A stretch of 64,000 nt of DNA from the human T2T-CHM13v2.0 reference genome, Homo sapiens: assembly GCF_009914755.1 (NCBI RefSeq), contig NC_060928.1; one strand, given 5' to 3'. Under the pieces are notes generated by a model that was not told the origin of the DNA, searched no databases, and was given only the letters and a program-made list of their open reading frames with translations. The translations under genes were made by a program, and so were the position numbers. This document shows positions 44,415 to 58,700 of this stretch, piece by piece (the first letter of the stretch is position 1; every line of letters starts with the position of its first letter).

Positions 44415-46797
44415 CATTCTCGGAAACATCTCTGTGATGTTTGCATTCAACTCAGTAGAGTTGAACACTTCCTTTCATAGAGCAGGTTTGAAACACTCTT
44501 TCTGCACTACCTGGAAGCGGACATTTCGAGCGCTTTGAGGCCTATGGTGAAAAAGGAAATATCTTCTCCTAAAAACCAGAAAGAAGCATTCTCAGAAACT
44601 TCTTTGTGTTGTGTGTACTCAAGTAACACTGTTGAACCTTCCTTTTGACAGAGCAGTTTTGAAACACTCTTTTGGTAGAATCTGCAAGTGGATATCTGGA
44701 TAGCTTTGAGGATTTCGTTGGAAACGGGTTATCTTCATATAAAATCCAGACAGGAGCATTCTCAGAAACTTCTTTGTGCTGTATGTCCTCAATTCACAGA
44801 GCTGAACCTTTGTTTGGATACAGCATTTTGGAAACATTCCTTTAGTAGAATCTGCAAGTTGATATTTAGATAGCGTTGAAGATTTCGTTGGAAACGGGAA
44901 TATCTTCATAGAAAATCTAGACGGAAGCATTCTCAGAAACTGCTTTGTGATGTTTGCATTCAAGTCACAGAGTTGAATATTCCCTTTTATAGAGTAGGTT
45001 TGAAACACTCTTTCGGCACTACCTGGAAGTGGATATTTCGAGCTCTTTGAGGCCTATGGTTAAAAGGAAATATCTTCCCCTAAAAACTAGACAGAAGCCG
45101 TCTCAGAAACTTGTTTGTGATGTGTGTATTCAACTAACAGAGTTGAACATTTCTGTTACAGAGCAATTTTAAAACACTCTTTTTGTGGAATCTGAAAGTG
45201 GATAATTGGATAGCTTTGTGGATTACGTTGGAAACGGGATTACGTATAAAATCTAGAGAGAAGCATTCTCAGGAACTTCTTTCTGATGTTTGCATTCAAG
45301 TCACAGAATTGAACATTCCTTTTCATAGTGCAGGTTTGAAACACTCTTTCTGTAGTATCTGGAAGTGGACATTTCAAGCGCTTTCAGGCCTATGGGGAGA
45401 AAGGAAATATCTTCAAATAAAAGCTAGACAGAAGGCTTCTCAGAAACTTATTTGTGATGTGTGTCCTAAACGAACACAGTTGAACCTTTGTTTTGATACA
45501 GCATTTTGGAAACACTCCTTTTGTAGGATCTGCAGGTGGATATTTGGAAAGATTTTAAGATTTCGTTGGAAACGGGAATTTCTTCATATAAACTCAAGAC
45601 AGATGCATTCTCAGAAACTTCTCTGTGATGTTTGCATTCCACTCATAGAGTGGAAAACTTCCTTTCATAGAGCAGGTTTGAAACACTCTTTTTGTAATAT
45701 TTGGAAGTGGACATTTGCAGCGCTTTGAGGCCTATGGTGAAAAAAGAAATATCTTCTCATAAAAACCAGAAACGAGCATTCTCAGAAACTTCTTTTTGAT
45801 GTGTGTACTCAAGTAACAGAGTTGAACCTTCCTATTGACACAGCAGTTTTGAAACAATCTTTTTGTAGAATCTGCAAGTGGATATTTGGATAGCTTTGAG
45901 GAGTTCGTTGGAAACGGGATATCTTCATATAAAATCCAGACAGGAGCATTCTCAGAAACTTCTTTGTGCTGTATGTGCTCAATTAACAGAGTTGAACCAT
46001 TGCTTGGACACAACATTTTGGAAACATTCCTTTAGTAGAATCTGCAAGTTGATATTTAGATAGCTTTGAAGATTTCGTTGGAAACGGGAATATCTTCATG
46101 TAAAATCTATACGGAAGCATTCTCAGAAACTGCTTTGTGATGTTTGCATTCAAGTCACAGTGTTGAATATTCGCTTTTATAGAGCAGGTTTGAAACACTC
46201 TTTCCGGACTTCCTGGAAGTGGACGTTTCGAGCGCTTTGAGGCCTATGGTGAAAAAGGAAATATCTTCCCATAAAAACTAGACGGAAGCCTTCTCAGAAA
46301 GTTGTTTGAGATGTGTGTATTCAACTAGGAGAGTTGAACATTTCTTTTTACAGAGCAGTTTTAAAACACTCTTTTTGTGGAATCTGAAAGTGGAAGTTTG
46401 GATAGCTTTGAGGATTTCGTTGGAAGCGGGATGACATATAAAATCTGGAGAGAAGCATTCTCAGGAACTTCTTTGTGATGTTTGCATTCAAGTCACAGAA
46501 TTGAACATTCCCTTTCATAGAGCAGGTTTGAAACACTCTTTCTCTAGTATCTGGAAGTGGACATTTCAAGCGCTTTCAGGCCTATGGAGAGAAAGGAAAT
46601 ACCTTCAAATAAAAACTAGACAGAAGCATTCTCAGAAACTTATTTGTGATGTGTGTCCTCAACTAACAGAGTTGAACCTTTGTTTTGATACAGCATTTTG
46701 GAAACACTCCTTTTGTAGAATCTGCAGGTGGATATTTGGATAGCTTTGAAGATTTCGTTGGAAACCGGAATATCTTCATATAAAATCAAGACAGAAA
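44415..46797 (+). repeat. 14-monomer HOR copy 1 (2383 bp, two related 7-mers of about 1190 and 1193 bp)
   Basis: The diagnostic monomer start cattctcggaaacatctctg recurs at 44415, 46798 and 49181 (2383-bp period). The half-period is shown by the alternating MDIWIALRISLE/MDIWIALRSSLE pseudo-ORF landmarks at 44688, 45878, 47071 and 48261. Confidence 0.92.
44713..46769 (+). promoter_or_regulatory. CENP-B box set of one representative 14-mer (8 B-type positions; the pattern repeats in each HOR copy)
   Basis: Intact for the essential NTTCGNNNNANNCGGGN core at 44713, 44883, 45561, 45903, 46073 and 46415. Degenerate at 45223 (TTACG...) and 46753 (...AACCGGA). Confidence 0.88.
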
Positions 46798-49180
46798 CAT
46801 TCTCGGAAACATCTCTGTGATGTTTGCATTCAACTCAGTAGAGTTGAACACTTCCTTTCATAGAGCAGGTTTGAAACACTCTTTCTGCACTACCTGGAAG
46901 CGGACATTTCGAGTGCTTTGAGGCCTATGGTGAAAAAGGAAATATCTTCTCCTAAAAACCAGAAAGAAGCATTCTCAGAAACTTCTTTGTGTTGTGTGTA
47001 CTCAAGTAACAGTGTTGAACCTTCCTTTTGACAGAGCAGTTTTGAAACACTCTTTTGGTAGAATCTGCAAGTGGATATCTGGATAGCTTTGAGGATTTCG
47101 TTGGAAACGGGTTATCTTCATATAAAATCCAGACAGGAGCATTCTCAGAAACTTCTTTGTGCTGTATGTCCTCAATTCACAGAGCTGAACCTTTGTTTGG
47201 ATACAGCATTTTGGAAACATTCCTTTAGTAGAATCTGCAAGTTGATATTTAGATAGCGTTGAAGATTTCGTTGGAAACAGGAATATCTTCATAGAAAATC
47301 TAGACGGAAGCATTCTCAGAAACTGCTTTGTGATGTTTGCATTCAAGTCACAGAGTTGAATATTCCCTTTTATAGAGTAGGTTTGAAACACTCTTTCGGC
47401 ACTACCTGGAAGTGGATATTTCGAGCTCTTTGAGGCCTTTGGTTAAAAGGAAATATCTTCCCATAAAAACTAGACAGAAGCCGTCTCAGAAACTTGTTTG
47501 TGATGTGTGTATTCAACTAACAGAGTTGAACATTTCTGTTACAGAGCAATTTTAAAACACTCTTTTTGTGGAATCTGAAAGTGGATAATTGGATAGCTTT
47601 GTGGATTACGTTGGAAACGGGATTACGTATAAAATCTAGAGAGAAGCATTCTCAGGAACTTCTTTCTGATGTTTGCATTCAAGTCACAGAATTGAACATT
47701 CCTTTTCATAGTGCAGGTTTGAAACACTCTTTCTGTAGTATCTGGAAGTGGACATTTCAAGCGCTTTCAGGCCTATGGGGAGAAAGGAAATATCTTCAAA
47801 TAAAAACTAGACAGAAGGCTTCTCAGAAACTTATTTGTGATGTGTGTCCTAAACGAACACAGTTGAACCTTTGTTTTGATACAGCATTTTGGAAACACTC
47901 CTTTTGTAGCATCTGCAGGTGGATATTTGGATAGATTTTAAGATTTCGTTGGAAACGGGAATTTCTTCATATAAACTCAAGACAGATGCATTCTCAGAAA
48001 CTTCTCTGTGATGTTTGCATTCCACTCATAGAGTTGAAAACTTCCTTTCATAGAGCAGGTTTGAAACACTCTTTTTGTAATATTTGGAAGTGGACATTTG
48101 CAGCGCTTTGAGGCCTATGGTGAAAAAAGAAATATCTTCTCATAAAAACCAGAAACGAGCATTCTCAGAAACTTCTTTTTGATGTGTGTACTCAAGTAAC
48201 AGAGTTGAACCTTCCTATTGACACAGCAGTTTTGAAACAATCTTTTTGTAGAATCTGCAAGTGGATATTTGGATAGCTTTGAGGAGTTCGTTGGAAACGG
48301 GATATCTTCATATAAAATCCAGACAGGAGCATTCTCAGAAACTTCTTTGTGCTGTATGTGCTCAATTAACAGAGTTGAACCATTGCTTGGACACAACATT
48401 TTGGAAACATTCCTTTAGTAGAATCTGCAAGTTGATATTTAGATAGCTTTGAAGATTTCGTTGGAAACGGGAATATCTTCATATAAAATCTAGACGGAAG
48501 CATTCTCAGAAACTGCTTTGTGATGTTTGCATTCAAGTCACAGTGTTGAATATTCGCTTTTATAGAGCAGGTTTGAAACACTCTTTCCGGACTTCCTGGA
48601 AGTGGACATTTCGAGCGCTTTGAGGCCTATTGTGAAAAAGGAAATATCTTCCCATAAAAACTAGACGGAAGCCTTCTCAGAAACTTGTTTGAGATGTGTG
48701 TATTCAACTAGGAGAGTTGAACATTTCTTTTTACAGAGCAGTTTTAAAACATTCTTTTTGTGGAATCTGAAAGTGGAAGTTTGGATAGCTTTGAGGATTT
48801 TGTTGGTAGGGGGATGACATATAAAATCTGGAGAGAAGCATTCTCAGGAACTTCTTTGTGATGTTTGCATTCAAGTCACAGAATTGAACATTCCCTTTCA
48901 TAGAGCAGGTTTGAAACACTCTTTCTCTAGTATCTGGAAGTGGACATTTCAAGCGCTTTCAGGCCTATGGAGAGAAAGGAAATACCTTCAAATAAAAACT
49001 AGACAGAAGCATTATCAGAAACTTATTTGTGATGTGTGTCCTCAACTAACAGAGTTGAACCTTTGTTTTGATACAGCATTTTGGAAACACTCCTTTTGTA
49101 GAATCTGCAGGTGTATATTTGGATAGGTTTGAAGATTTCGTTGGAAACCGGAATATCTTCATATAAAATCAAGACAGAAG
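46798..49180 (+). repeat. 14-monomer HOR copy 2 (2383 bp)
   Basis: Bounded by cattctcggaaacatc at 46798 and 49181; near-identical to copy 1. Confidence 0.92.
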
Positions 49181-52100
49181 CATTCTCGGAAACATCTCTG
49201 TGATGTTTGCATTCAACTCAGTAGAGTTGAACACTTCCTTTCATAGAGCAGGTTTGAAACACTCTTTCTGCACTACCTGGAAGCGGACATTTCGAGCGCT
49301 TTGAGGCCTATGGTGAAAAAGGAAATATCTTCTCCTAAAAACCAGAAAGAAGCATTCTCAGAAACTTCTTTGTGTTGCGTGTACTCAATAACAGTGTTGA
49401 ACCTTCCTTTTGACAGAGCAGTTTTGAAACACTCTTTTGGTAGAATCTGCAAGTGGATATCTGGATAGCTTTGAGGATTTCGTTGGAAACGGGTTATCTT
49501 CATATAAAATCCAGACAGGAGCATTCTCAGAAACTTCTTTGTGTTGTATGTCCTCAATTCACAGAGCTGAACCTTTGTTTGGATACAGCATTTTGGAAAC
49601 ATTCCTTTAGTAGAATCTGCAAGTTGATATTTAGATAGCGTTGAAGATTTCGTTGGAAACGGGAATATCTTCATAGAAAATCTAGACGGAAGCATTCTCA
49701 GAAACTGCTTTGTGATGTTTGCATTCAAGTCACAGAGTTGAATATTCCCTTTTATAGAGTAGGTTTGAAACACTCTTTCGGCACTACCTGGAAGTGGATA
49801 TTTCGAGCTCTTTGATGCCTATGGTTAAAAGGAAATATCTTCCCATAAAAACTAGACAGAAGCCGTCTCAGAAACTTGTTTGTGATGTGTGTATTCAACT
49901 AACAGAGTTGAACATTTCTGTTACAGAGCAATTTTAAAACACTCTTTTTGTGGAATCTGAAAGTGGATAATTGGATAGCTTTGTGGATTACGTTGGAAAC
50001 GGGATGACGTATAAAATCTAGAGAGAAGCATTCTCAGGAACTTCTTTCTGATGTTTGCATTCAAGTCACAGAATTGAACATTCCTTTTCATAGTGCAGGT
50101 TTGAAACACTCTTTCTGTAGTATCTGGAAGTGGACATTTCAAGCGCTTTCAGGCCTATGGGGAGAAAAGAAATATCTTCAAATAAAAACTAGACAGAAGG
50201 ATTCTCAGAAACTTATTTGTGATGTGTGTCCTAAACGAACACAGTTGAACCTTTGTTTTGATACAGCATTTTGGAAACACTCCTTTTGTAGAATCTGCAG
50301 GTGGATATTTGGATAGATTTTAAGATTTCGTTGGAAACGGGAATTTCTTCATAGAAACTCAAGACAGATGCATTCTCAGAAACTTCTCTGTGATGTTTGC
50401 ATTCCACTCATAGAGTTGAAAACTTCCTTTCATAGAGCAGGTTTGAAACACTCTTTTTGTAATATTTGGAAGTGGACATTTGCAGCGCTTTGAGGCCTAT
50501 GGTGAAAAAAGAAATATCTTCTCATAAAAACCAGAAACGAGCATTCTCAGAAACTTCTTTTTGATGTGTGTACTCAAGTAACAGAGTTGAACCTTCCTAT
50601 TGACACAGCAGTTTTGAAACAATCTTTTTGTAGAATCTGCAAGTGGATATTTGGATAGCTTTGAGGAGTTCGTTGGAAACGGGATATCTTCATATAAAAT
50701 CCAGACAGGAGCATTCTCAGAAACTTCTTTGTGCTGTATGTCCTCAATTAACAGAGTTGAACCATTGCTTGGATACAACATTTTGGAAACATTCCTTTAG
50801 TAGAATCTGCAAGTTGATATTTAGATAGCTTTGAAGATTTCATTGGAAACGGGAATATCTTCATGTAAAGTCTAGACGGAAGCATTCTCAGAAACTGCTT
50901 TGTGATGTTTGCATTCAAGTCACAGAGTTGAATATTCGCTTTTATAGAGCAGGTTTGAAACACTCTTTCCGGACTTCCTGGAAGTGGACGTTTCGAGCGC
51001 TTTGAGGCCTATGGTGAAAAAGGAAATATCTTCCCATAAAAACTAGACGGAAGCCTTCTCAGAAACTTGTTTGAGATGTGTGTATTCAACTAGGAGAGTT
51101 GAACATTTCTTTTTACAGAGCAGTTTTAAAACACTCTTTTTGTGGAATCTGAAAGTGGAAGTTTGGATAGCTTTGAGGATTTCGTTGGAAGCGGGATGAC
51201 ATATAAAATCTGGAGAGAAGCATTCTCAGGAACTTCTTTCTGATGTTTGCATTCAAGTCACAGAATTGAACATTCCTTTTCATAGTGCAGGTTTGAAACA
51301 CTCTTTCTGTAGTATCTGGAAGTGGACATTTCAAGCGCTTTCAGGCCTATGGGGAGAAAAGAAATATCTTCAAATAAAAACTAGACAGAAGGATTCTCAG
51401 AAACTTATTTGTGATGTGTGTCCTAAACGAACACAGTTGAACCTTTGTTTTGATACAGCATTTTGGAAACACTCCTTTTGTAGAATCTGCAGGTGGATAT
51501 TTGGATAGATTTTAAGATTTCGTTGGAAACGGGAATTTCTTCATAGAAACTCAAGACAGATGCATTCTCAGAAACTTCTCTGTGATGTTTGCATTCCACT
51601 CATAGAGTTGAAAACTTCCTTTCATAGAGCAGGTTTGAAACACTCTTTTTGTAATATTTGGAAGTGGACATTTGCAGCGCTTTGAGGCCTATGGTGAAAA
51701 AAGAAATATCTTCTCATAAAAACCAGAAACGAGCATTCTCAGAAACTTCTTTTTGATGTGTGTACTCAAGTAACAGAGTTGAACCTTCCTATTGACACAG
51801 CAGTTTTGAAACAATCTTTTTGTAGAATCTGCAAGTGGATATTTGGATAGCTTTGAGGAGTTCGTTGGAAACGGGATATCTTCATATAAAATCCAGACAG
51901 GAGCATTCTCAGAAACTTCTTTGTGCTGTATGTCCTCAATTAACAGAGTTGAACCATTGCTTGGATACAACATTTTGGAAACATTCCTTCAGTAGAATCT
52001 GCAAGTTGATATTTAGATAGCTTTGAAGATTTCATTGGAAACGGGAATATCTTCATGTAAAGTCTAGACGGAAGCATTCTCAGAAACTGCTTTGTGATGT

Positions 52101-52754
52101 TTGCATTCAAGTCACAGAGTTGAATATTCGCTTTTATAGAGCAGGTTTGAAACACTCTTTCCGGACTTCCTGGAAGTGGACGTTTCGAGCGCTTTGAGGC
52201 CTATGGTGAAAAAGGAAATATCTTCCCATAAAAACTAGACGGAAGCCTTCTCAGAAACTTGTTTGAGATGTGTGTATTCAACTAGGAGAGTTGAACATTT
52301 CTTTTTACAGAGCAGTTTTAAAACACTCTTTTTGTGGAATCTGAAAGTGGAAGTTTGGATAGCTTTGAGGATTTCGTTGGAAGCGGGATGACATATAAAA
52401 TCTGGAGAGAAGCATTCTCAGGAACTTCTTTGTGATGTTTGCATTCAAGTCGCAGAATTGAACATTCCCTTTCATAGAGCAGGTTTGAAACACTCTTTCT
52501 CTAGTATCTGGAAGTGGACATTTCAAGCGCTTTCAGGCCTATGGAGAGAAAGGAAATACCTTCAAATAAAAACTAGACAGAAGCATTATCAGAAACTTAT
52601 TTGTGATGTGTGTCCTCAACTAACAGAGTTGAACCTTTGTTTTGATACAGCATTTTGGAAACACTCCTTTTGTAGAATCTGCAGGTGTATATTTGGATAG
52701 CTTTGAAAATTTCGTTGGAAACCGGAATATCTTCGTATAAAATCAAGACAGAAG
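49181..52754 (+). repeat. 21-monomer structural-variant HOR (3574 bp; 14-mer plus an internally duplicated 7-mer)
   Basis: The next cattctcggaaacatc landmark is at 52755, not about 51564. Two consecutive SSLE-type half-units lie at 50643 and 51835, 1192 bp apart. Confidence 0.9.
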
Positions 52755-55700
52755 CATTCTCGGAAACATCTCTGTGATGTTTGCATTCAACTCAGTAGAG
52801 TTGAACACTTCCTTTCATAGAGCAGGTTTGAAACACTCTTTCTGCACTACCTGGAAGCGGACATTTCGAGCGCTTTGAGGCTTATGGTGAAAAAGGAATT
52901 ATCTTCTCCTAAAAACCAGAAAGAAGCATTCTCAGAAACTTCTTTGTGTTGCGTGTACTCAAGTAACAGTGTTGAACCTTCCTTTTGACAGAGCAGTTTT
53001 GAAACACTCTTTTGGTAGAATCTGCAAGTGGATATCTGGATAGCTTTGAGGATTTCGTTGGAAACGGGTTATCTTCATATAAAATCCAGACAGGAGCATT
53101 CTCAGAAACTTCTTTGTGCTGTATGTCCTCAATTCACAGAGCTGAACCTTTGTTTGGATACAGCATTTTGGAAACATTCCTTTAGTAGAATCTGCAAGTT
53201 GATATTTAGATAGCGTTGAAGATTTCGTTGGAAACGGGAATATCTTCATAGAAAATCTAGACGGAAGCATTCTCATAAACTGCTTTGTGATGTTTCCATT
53301 CAACTCACAGAGTTGAATATTCCCTTTTATAGAGTAGGTTTGAAACACTCTTTCGGCACTACCTGGAAGTGGATATTTCGAGCTCTTTGAGGCCTATGGT
53401 TAAAAGGAAATATCTTCCCATAAAAACTAGACAGAAGCCGTCTCAGAAACTTGTTTGTGATGTGTGTATTCAACTAACAGAGTTGAACATTTCTGTTACA
53501 GAGCAATTTTAAAACACTCTTTTTGTGGAATCTGAAAGTGGATAATTGGATAGCTTTGTGGATTTCGTTGGAAACGGGATGACGTATAAAATCTAGAGAG
53601 AAGCATTCTCAGGAACTTCTTTCTGATGTTTGCATTCAAGTCACAGAATTGAACATTCCTTTTCATAGTGCAGGTTTGAAACACTCTTTCTGTAGTATCT
53701 GGAAGTGGACATTTCAAGCGCTTTCAGGCCTATGGGGAGAAAGGAAATATCTTCAAATAAAAACTAGACAGAAGGCTTCTCAGAAACTTATTTGTGATGT
53801 GTGTCCTAAACGAACACAGTTGAACCTTTGTTTTGATACAGCATTTTGGAAACACTCCTTTTGTAGAATCTGCAGGTGGATATTTGGATAGATTTTAAGA
53901 TTTCGTTGGAAACGGGAATTTCTTCATAGAAACTCAAGACAGATGCATTCTCAGAAACTTCTCTGTGATGTTTGCATTCCACTCATAGAGTTGAAAACTT
54001 CCTTTCATAGAGCAGGTTTGAAACACTCTTTTTGTAATATTTGGAAGTGGACATTTGCAGCGCTTTGAGGCCTATGGTGAAAAAAGTAATATCTTCTCAT
54101 AAAAACCAGAAACGAGCATTCTCAGAAACTTCTTTTTGATGTGTGTACTCAAGTAACAGAGTTGAACCTTCCTATTGACACAGCAGTTTTGAAACAATCT
54201 TTTTGTAGAATCTGCAAGTGGATATTTGGATAGCTTTGAGGAGTTCGTTGGAAACGGGATATCTTCATATAAAATCCAGACAGGAGCATTCTCAGAAACT
54301 TCTTTGTGCTGTATGTCCTCAATTAACAGAGTTGAACCATTGCTTGGATACAACATTTTGGAAACATTCCTTTAGTAGAATCTGCAAGTTGATATTTAGA
54401 TAGCTTTGAAGATTTCGTTGGAAACGGGAATATCTTCATATAAAATCTAGACGGAAGCATTCTCAGCAACTGCTTTGTGATGTTTGCATTCAAGTCACAG
54501 AGTTGAATATTCGCTTTTATAGAGCAGGTTTGAAACACTCTTTCCGGACTTCCTGGAAGTGGACGTTTCGAGCGCTTTGAGGCCGATGGTGAAAAAGGAA
54601 ATATCTTCCCATAAAAACTAGACGGAAGCCTTCTCAGAAAGTTGTTTGAGATGTGTGTATTCAACTAGGAGATTTGAACATTTATTTTTACAGAGCAGTT
54701 TTAAAACATTCTTTTTGTGGAATCTGAAAGTGGAAGTTTGGATAGCTTTGAGGATTTTGTTGGAAGCGGGATGACATATAAAATCTGGAGAGAAGCATTC
54801 TCAGGAACTTCTTTGTGATGTTTGCATTCAAGTCACAGAATTGAACATTCCCTTTCATAGAGCAGGTTTGAAACACTCTTTCTCTAGTATCTGGAAGTGG
54901 ACATTTCAAGCGCTTTCAGGCCTATGGAGAGAAAGGAAATACCTTCAAATAAAAACTAGACAGAAGCATTATCAGAAACTTATTTGTGATGTGTGTCCTC
55001 AACTAACAGAGTTGAACCTTTGTTTTGATACAGCATTTTGGAAACACTCCTTTTGTAGAATCTGCAGGTGTATATTTGGATAGGTTTGAAGATTTCGTTG
55101 GAAACCTGAATATCTTCATATAAAATCAAGACAGAAGCATTCTCGGAAACATCTCTGTGATGTTTGCATTCAACTCAGTAGAGTTGAACACTTCCTTTCA
55201 TAGAGCAGGTTTGAAACACTCTTTCTGCACTACCTGGAAGCGGACATTTCGAGCGCTTTGAGGCCTATGGTGAAAAAGGAAATATCTTCTCCTAAAAACC
55301 AGAAAGAAGCATTCTCAGAAACTTCTTTGTGTTGCGTTTACTCAAGTAACAGTGTTGAACCTTCCTTTTGACAGAGCAGTTTTGAAACACTCTTTTGGTA
55401 GAATCTGCAAGTGGATATCTGGATACCTTTGAGGATTTCGTTGGAAACGGGTTATCTTCATATAAAATCCAGACAGGAGCATTCTCAGAAACTTCTTTGT
55501 GCTGTATGTCCTCAATTCACAGAGCTGAACCTTTGTTGGGATACAGCATTTTGGAAACATTCCTTTAGTAGAATCTGCAAGTTGATATTTAGATAGCGTT
55601 GAAGATTTCGTTGGAAACGGGAATATCTTCATAGAAAATCTAGACGGAAGCATTCTCATAAACTGCTTTGTGATGTTTCCATTCAACTCACAGAGTTGAA

Positions 55701-58700
55701 TATTCCCTTTTATAGAGTAGGTTTGAAACACTCTTTCGGCACTACCTGGAAGTGGATATTTCGAGCTCTTTGAGGCCTATGGTTAAAAGGAAATATCTTC
55801 CCATAAAAACTAGACAGAAGCCGTCTCAGAAATTTGTTTGTGATGTGTGTATTCAACTAACAGAGTTGAACATTTCTGTTACAGAGCAATTTTAAAACAC
55901 TCTTTTTGTGGAATCTGAAAGTGGATAATTGGATAGCTTTGTGGATTTCGTTGGAAATGGGATGACGTATAAAATCTAGAGAGAAGCATTCTCAGGAACT
56001 TCTTTCTGATGTTTGCATTCAAGTCACAGAATTGAACATTCCTTTTCATAGTGCAGGTTTGAAACACTCTTTCTGTAGTATCTGGAAGTGGACATTTCAA
56101 GCGCTTTCAGGCCTATGGGGAGAAAAGAAATATCTTCAAATAAAAACTAGACAGAAGGATTCTCAGAAACTTATTTGTGATGTGTGTCCTAAACGAACAC
56201 AGTTGAACCTTTGTTTTGATACAGCATTTTGGAAACACTCCTTTTGTAGAATCTGCAGGTGGATATTTGGATAGATTTTAAGATTTCGTTGGAAACGGGA
56301 ATTTCTTTATAGAAACTCAAGACAGATGCATTCTCAGAAACTTCTCTGTGATGTTTGCATTCCACTCATAGAGTTGAAAACTTCCTTTCATAGAGCAGGT
56401 TTGAAACACTCTTTTTGTAATATTTGGAAGTGGACATTTGCAGCGCTTTGAGGCCTATGGTGAAAAAAGAAATATCTTCTCATAAAAACCAGAAACGAGC
56501 ATTCTCAGAAACTTCTTTTTGATGTGTGTACTCAAGTAACAGAGTTGAACCTTCCTATTGACACAGCAGTTTTGAAACAATCTTTTTGTAGAATCTGCAA
56601 GTGGATATTTGGATAGCTTTGAGGAGTTCGTTGGAAACGGGATATCTTCATATAAAATCCAGACAGGAGCATTCTCAGAAACTTCTTTGTGCTGTATGTC
56701 CTCAATTAACAGAGTTGAACCATTGCTTGGATACAACATTTTGGAAACATTCCTTTAGTAGAATCTGCAAGTTGATATTTAGATAGCTTTGAAGATTTCG
56801 TTGGAAACGGGAATATCTTCATATAAAGTCTAGACGGAAGCATTCTCAGAAACTGCTTTGTGATGTTTGCATTCAAGTCACAGAGTTGAATATTCGCTTT
56901 TATAGAGCAGGTTTGAAACACTCTTTCCGGACTTCCTGGAAGTGGACGTTTCGAGCGCTTTGAGGCCTATGGTGAAAAAGGAAATATGTACCCATAAAAA
57001 CTAGACGGAAGCCTTCTCAGAAAGTTGTTTGAGATGTGTGTATTCAACTAGGAGAGTTGAACATTTCTTTTTACAGAGCAGTTTTAAAACATTCTTTTTG
57101 TGGAATCTGAAAGTGAAAGTTTGGATAGCTTTGAGGATTTTGTTGGAAGCGGGATGACATTTAAAATCTGGAGAGAAGCATTCTCAGGAACTTCTTTGTG
57201 ATGTTTGCATTCAAGTCACAGAATTGAACATTCCCTTTCATAGAGCAGGTTTGAAACACTCTTTCTCTAGTATCTGGAAGTGGGCATTTCAAGCGCTTTC
57301 AGGCCTATGGAGAGAAAGGAAATACCTTCAAATAAAAACTAGACAGAAGCATTCTCAGAAACTTATTTGTGATGTGTGTCCTCAACTAACAGAGTTGAAC
57401 CTTTGTTTTGATACAGCATTTTGGAAACACTCCTTTTGTAGAATCTGCAGGTGGATATTTGGATAACTTTGAAGATTTCGTTGGAAACCGGAATATCTTC
57501 ATATAAAATCAAGACAGAAGCATTCTCGGAAACATCTCTGTGATGTTTGCATTCAACTCAGTAGAGTTGAACACTTCCTTTCATAGAGCAGGTTTGAAAC
57601 ACTCTTTCTGCACTACCTGGAAGCGGACATTTCGAGCGCTTTGAGGCCTATGGTGAAAAAGGAAATATCTTCTCCTAAAAACCAGAAAGAAGCATTCTCA
57701 GAAACTTCTTTGTGTTGCGTGTACTCAAGTAACAGTGTTGAACCTTCCTTTTGACAGAGCAGTTTTGAAACACTCTTTTGGTAGAATCTGCAAGTGGATA
57801 TTTGGATAGCTTTGAGGATTTCGTTGGAAACGGGTTATCTTCATATAAAACCCAGACAGGAGCATTCTCAGAAACTTCTTTCTGCTGTATGTCCTCAATT
57901 CACAGAGCTGAACCTTTGTTTGGATACAGCATTTTGGAAACATTCCTTTAGTAGAATCTGCAAGTTGATATTTAGATAGCGTTGAAGATTTCGTTGGAAA
58001 CGGGAATATCTTCATAGAAAATCTAGACGGAAGCATTCTCAGAAACTGCTTTGTGATGTTTGCATTCAAGTCACAGAGTTGACTATTCCCTTTTATAGAG
58101 TAGGTTTGAAACACTCTTTCGGCACTACCTGGAAGTGGATATTTCGAGCTCTTTGAGGCCTATGGTTAAAAGGAAATATCTTCCCATATATACTAGACGG
58201 AAGCCGTCTCAGAAACTTGTTTGTGATGTGTGTATTCAACTAACAGAGTTGAACATTTCTGTTACAGAGCAATTTTAAAACACTCTTTTTGTGGAATCTG
58301 AAAGTGGATAATTGGATAGCTTTGTGGATTACGTTGGAAACGGGATTACGTATAAAATCTAGAGAGAAGCATTCTCAGGAACTTCTTTCTGATGTTTGCA
58401 TTCAAGTCACAGAATTGAACATTCCTTTTCATAGTGCAGGTTTGAAACACTCTTTCTGTAGTATCTGGAAGTGGACATTTCAAGCGCTTTCAGGCCTATG
58501 GGGAGAAAGGAAATATCTTCAAATAAAAACTAGACAGAAGGCTTCTCAGAAACTTATTTGTGATGTGTGTCCTAAACGAACACAGTTGAACCTTTGTTTT
58601 GATACAGCATTTTGGAAACACTCCTTTTGTAGCATCTGCAGGTGGATATTTGGATAGATTTTAAGATTTCGTTGGAAACGGGAATTTCTTCATATAAACT

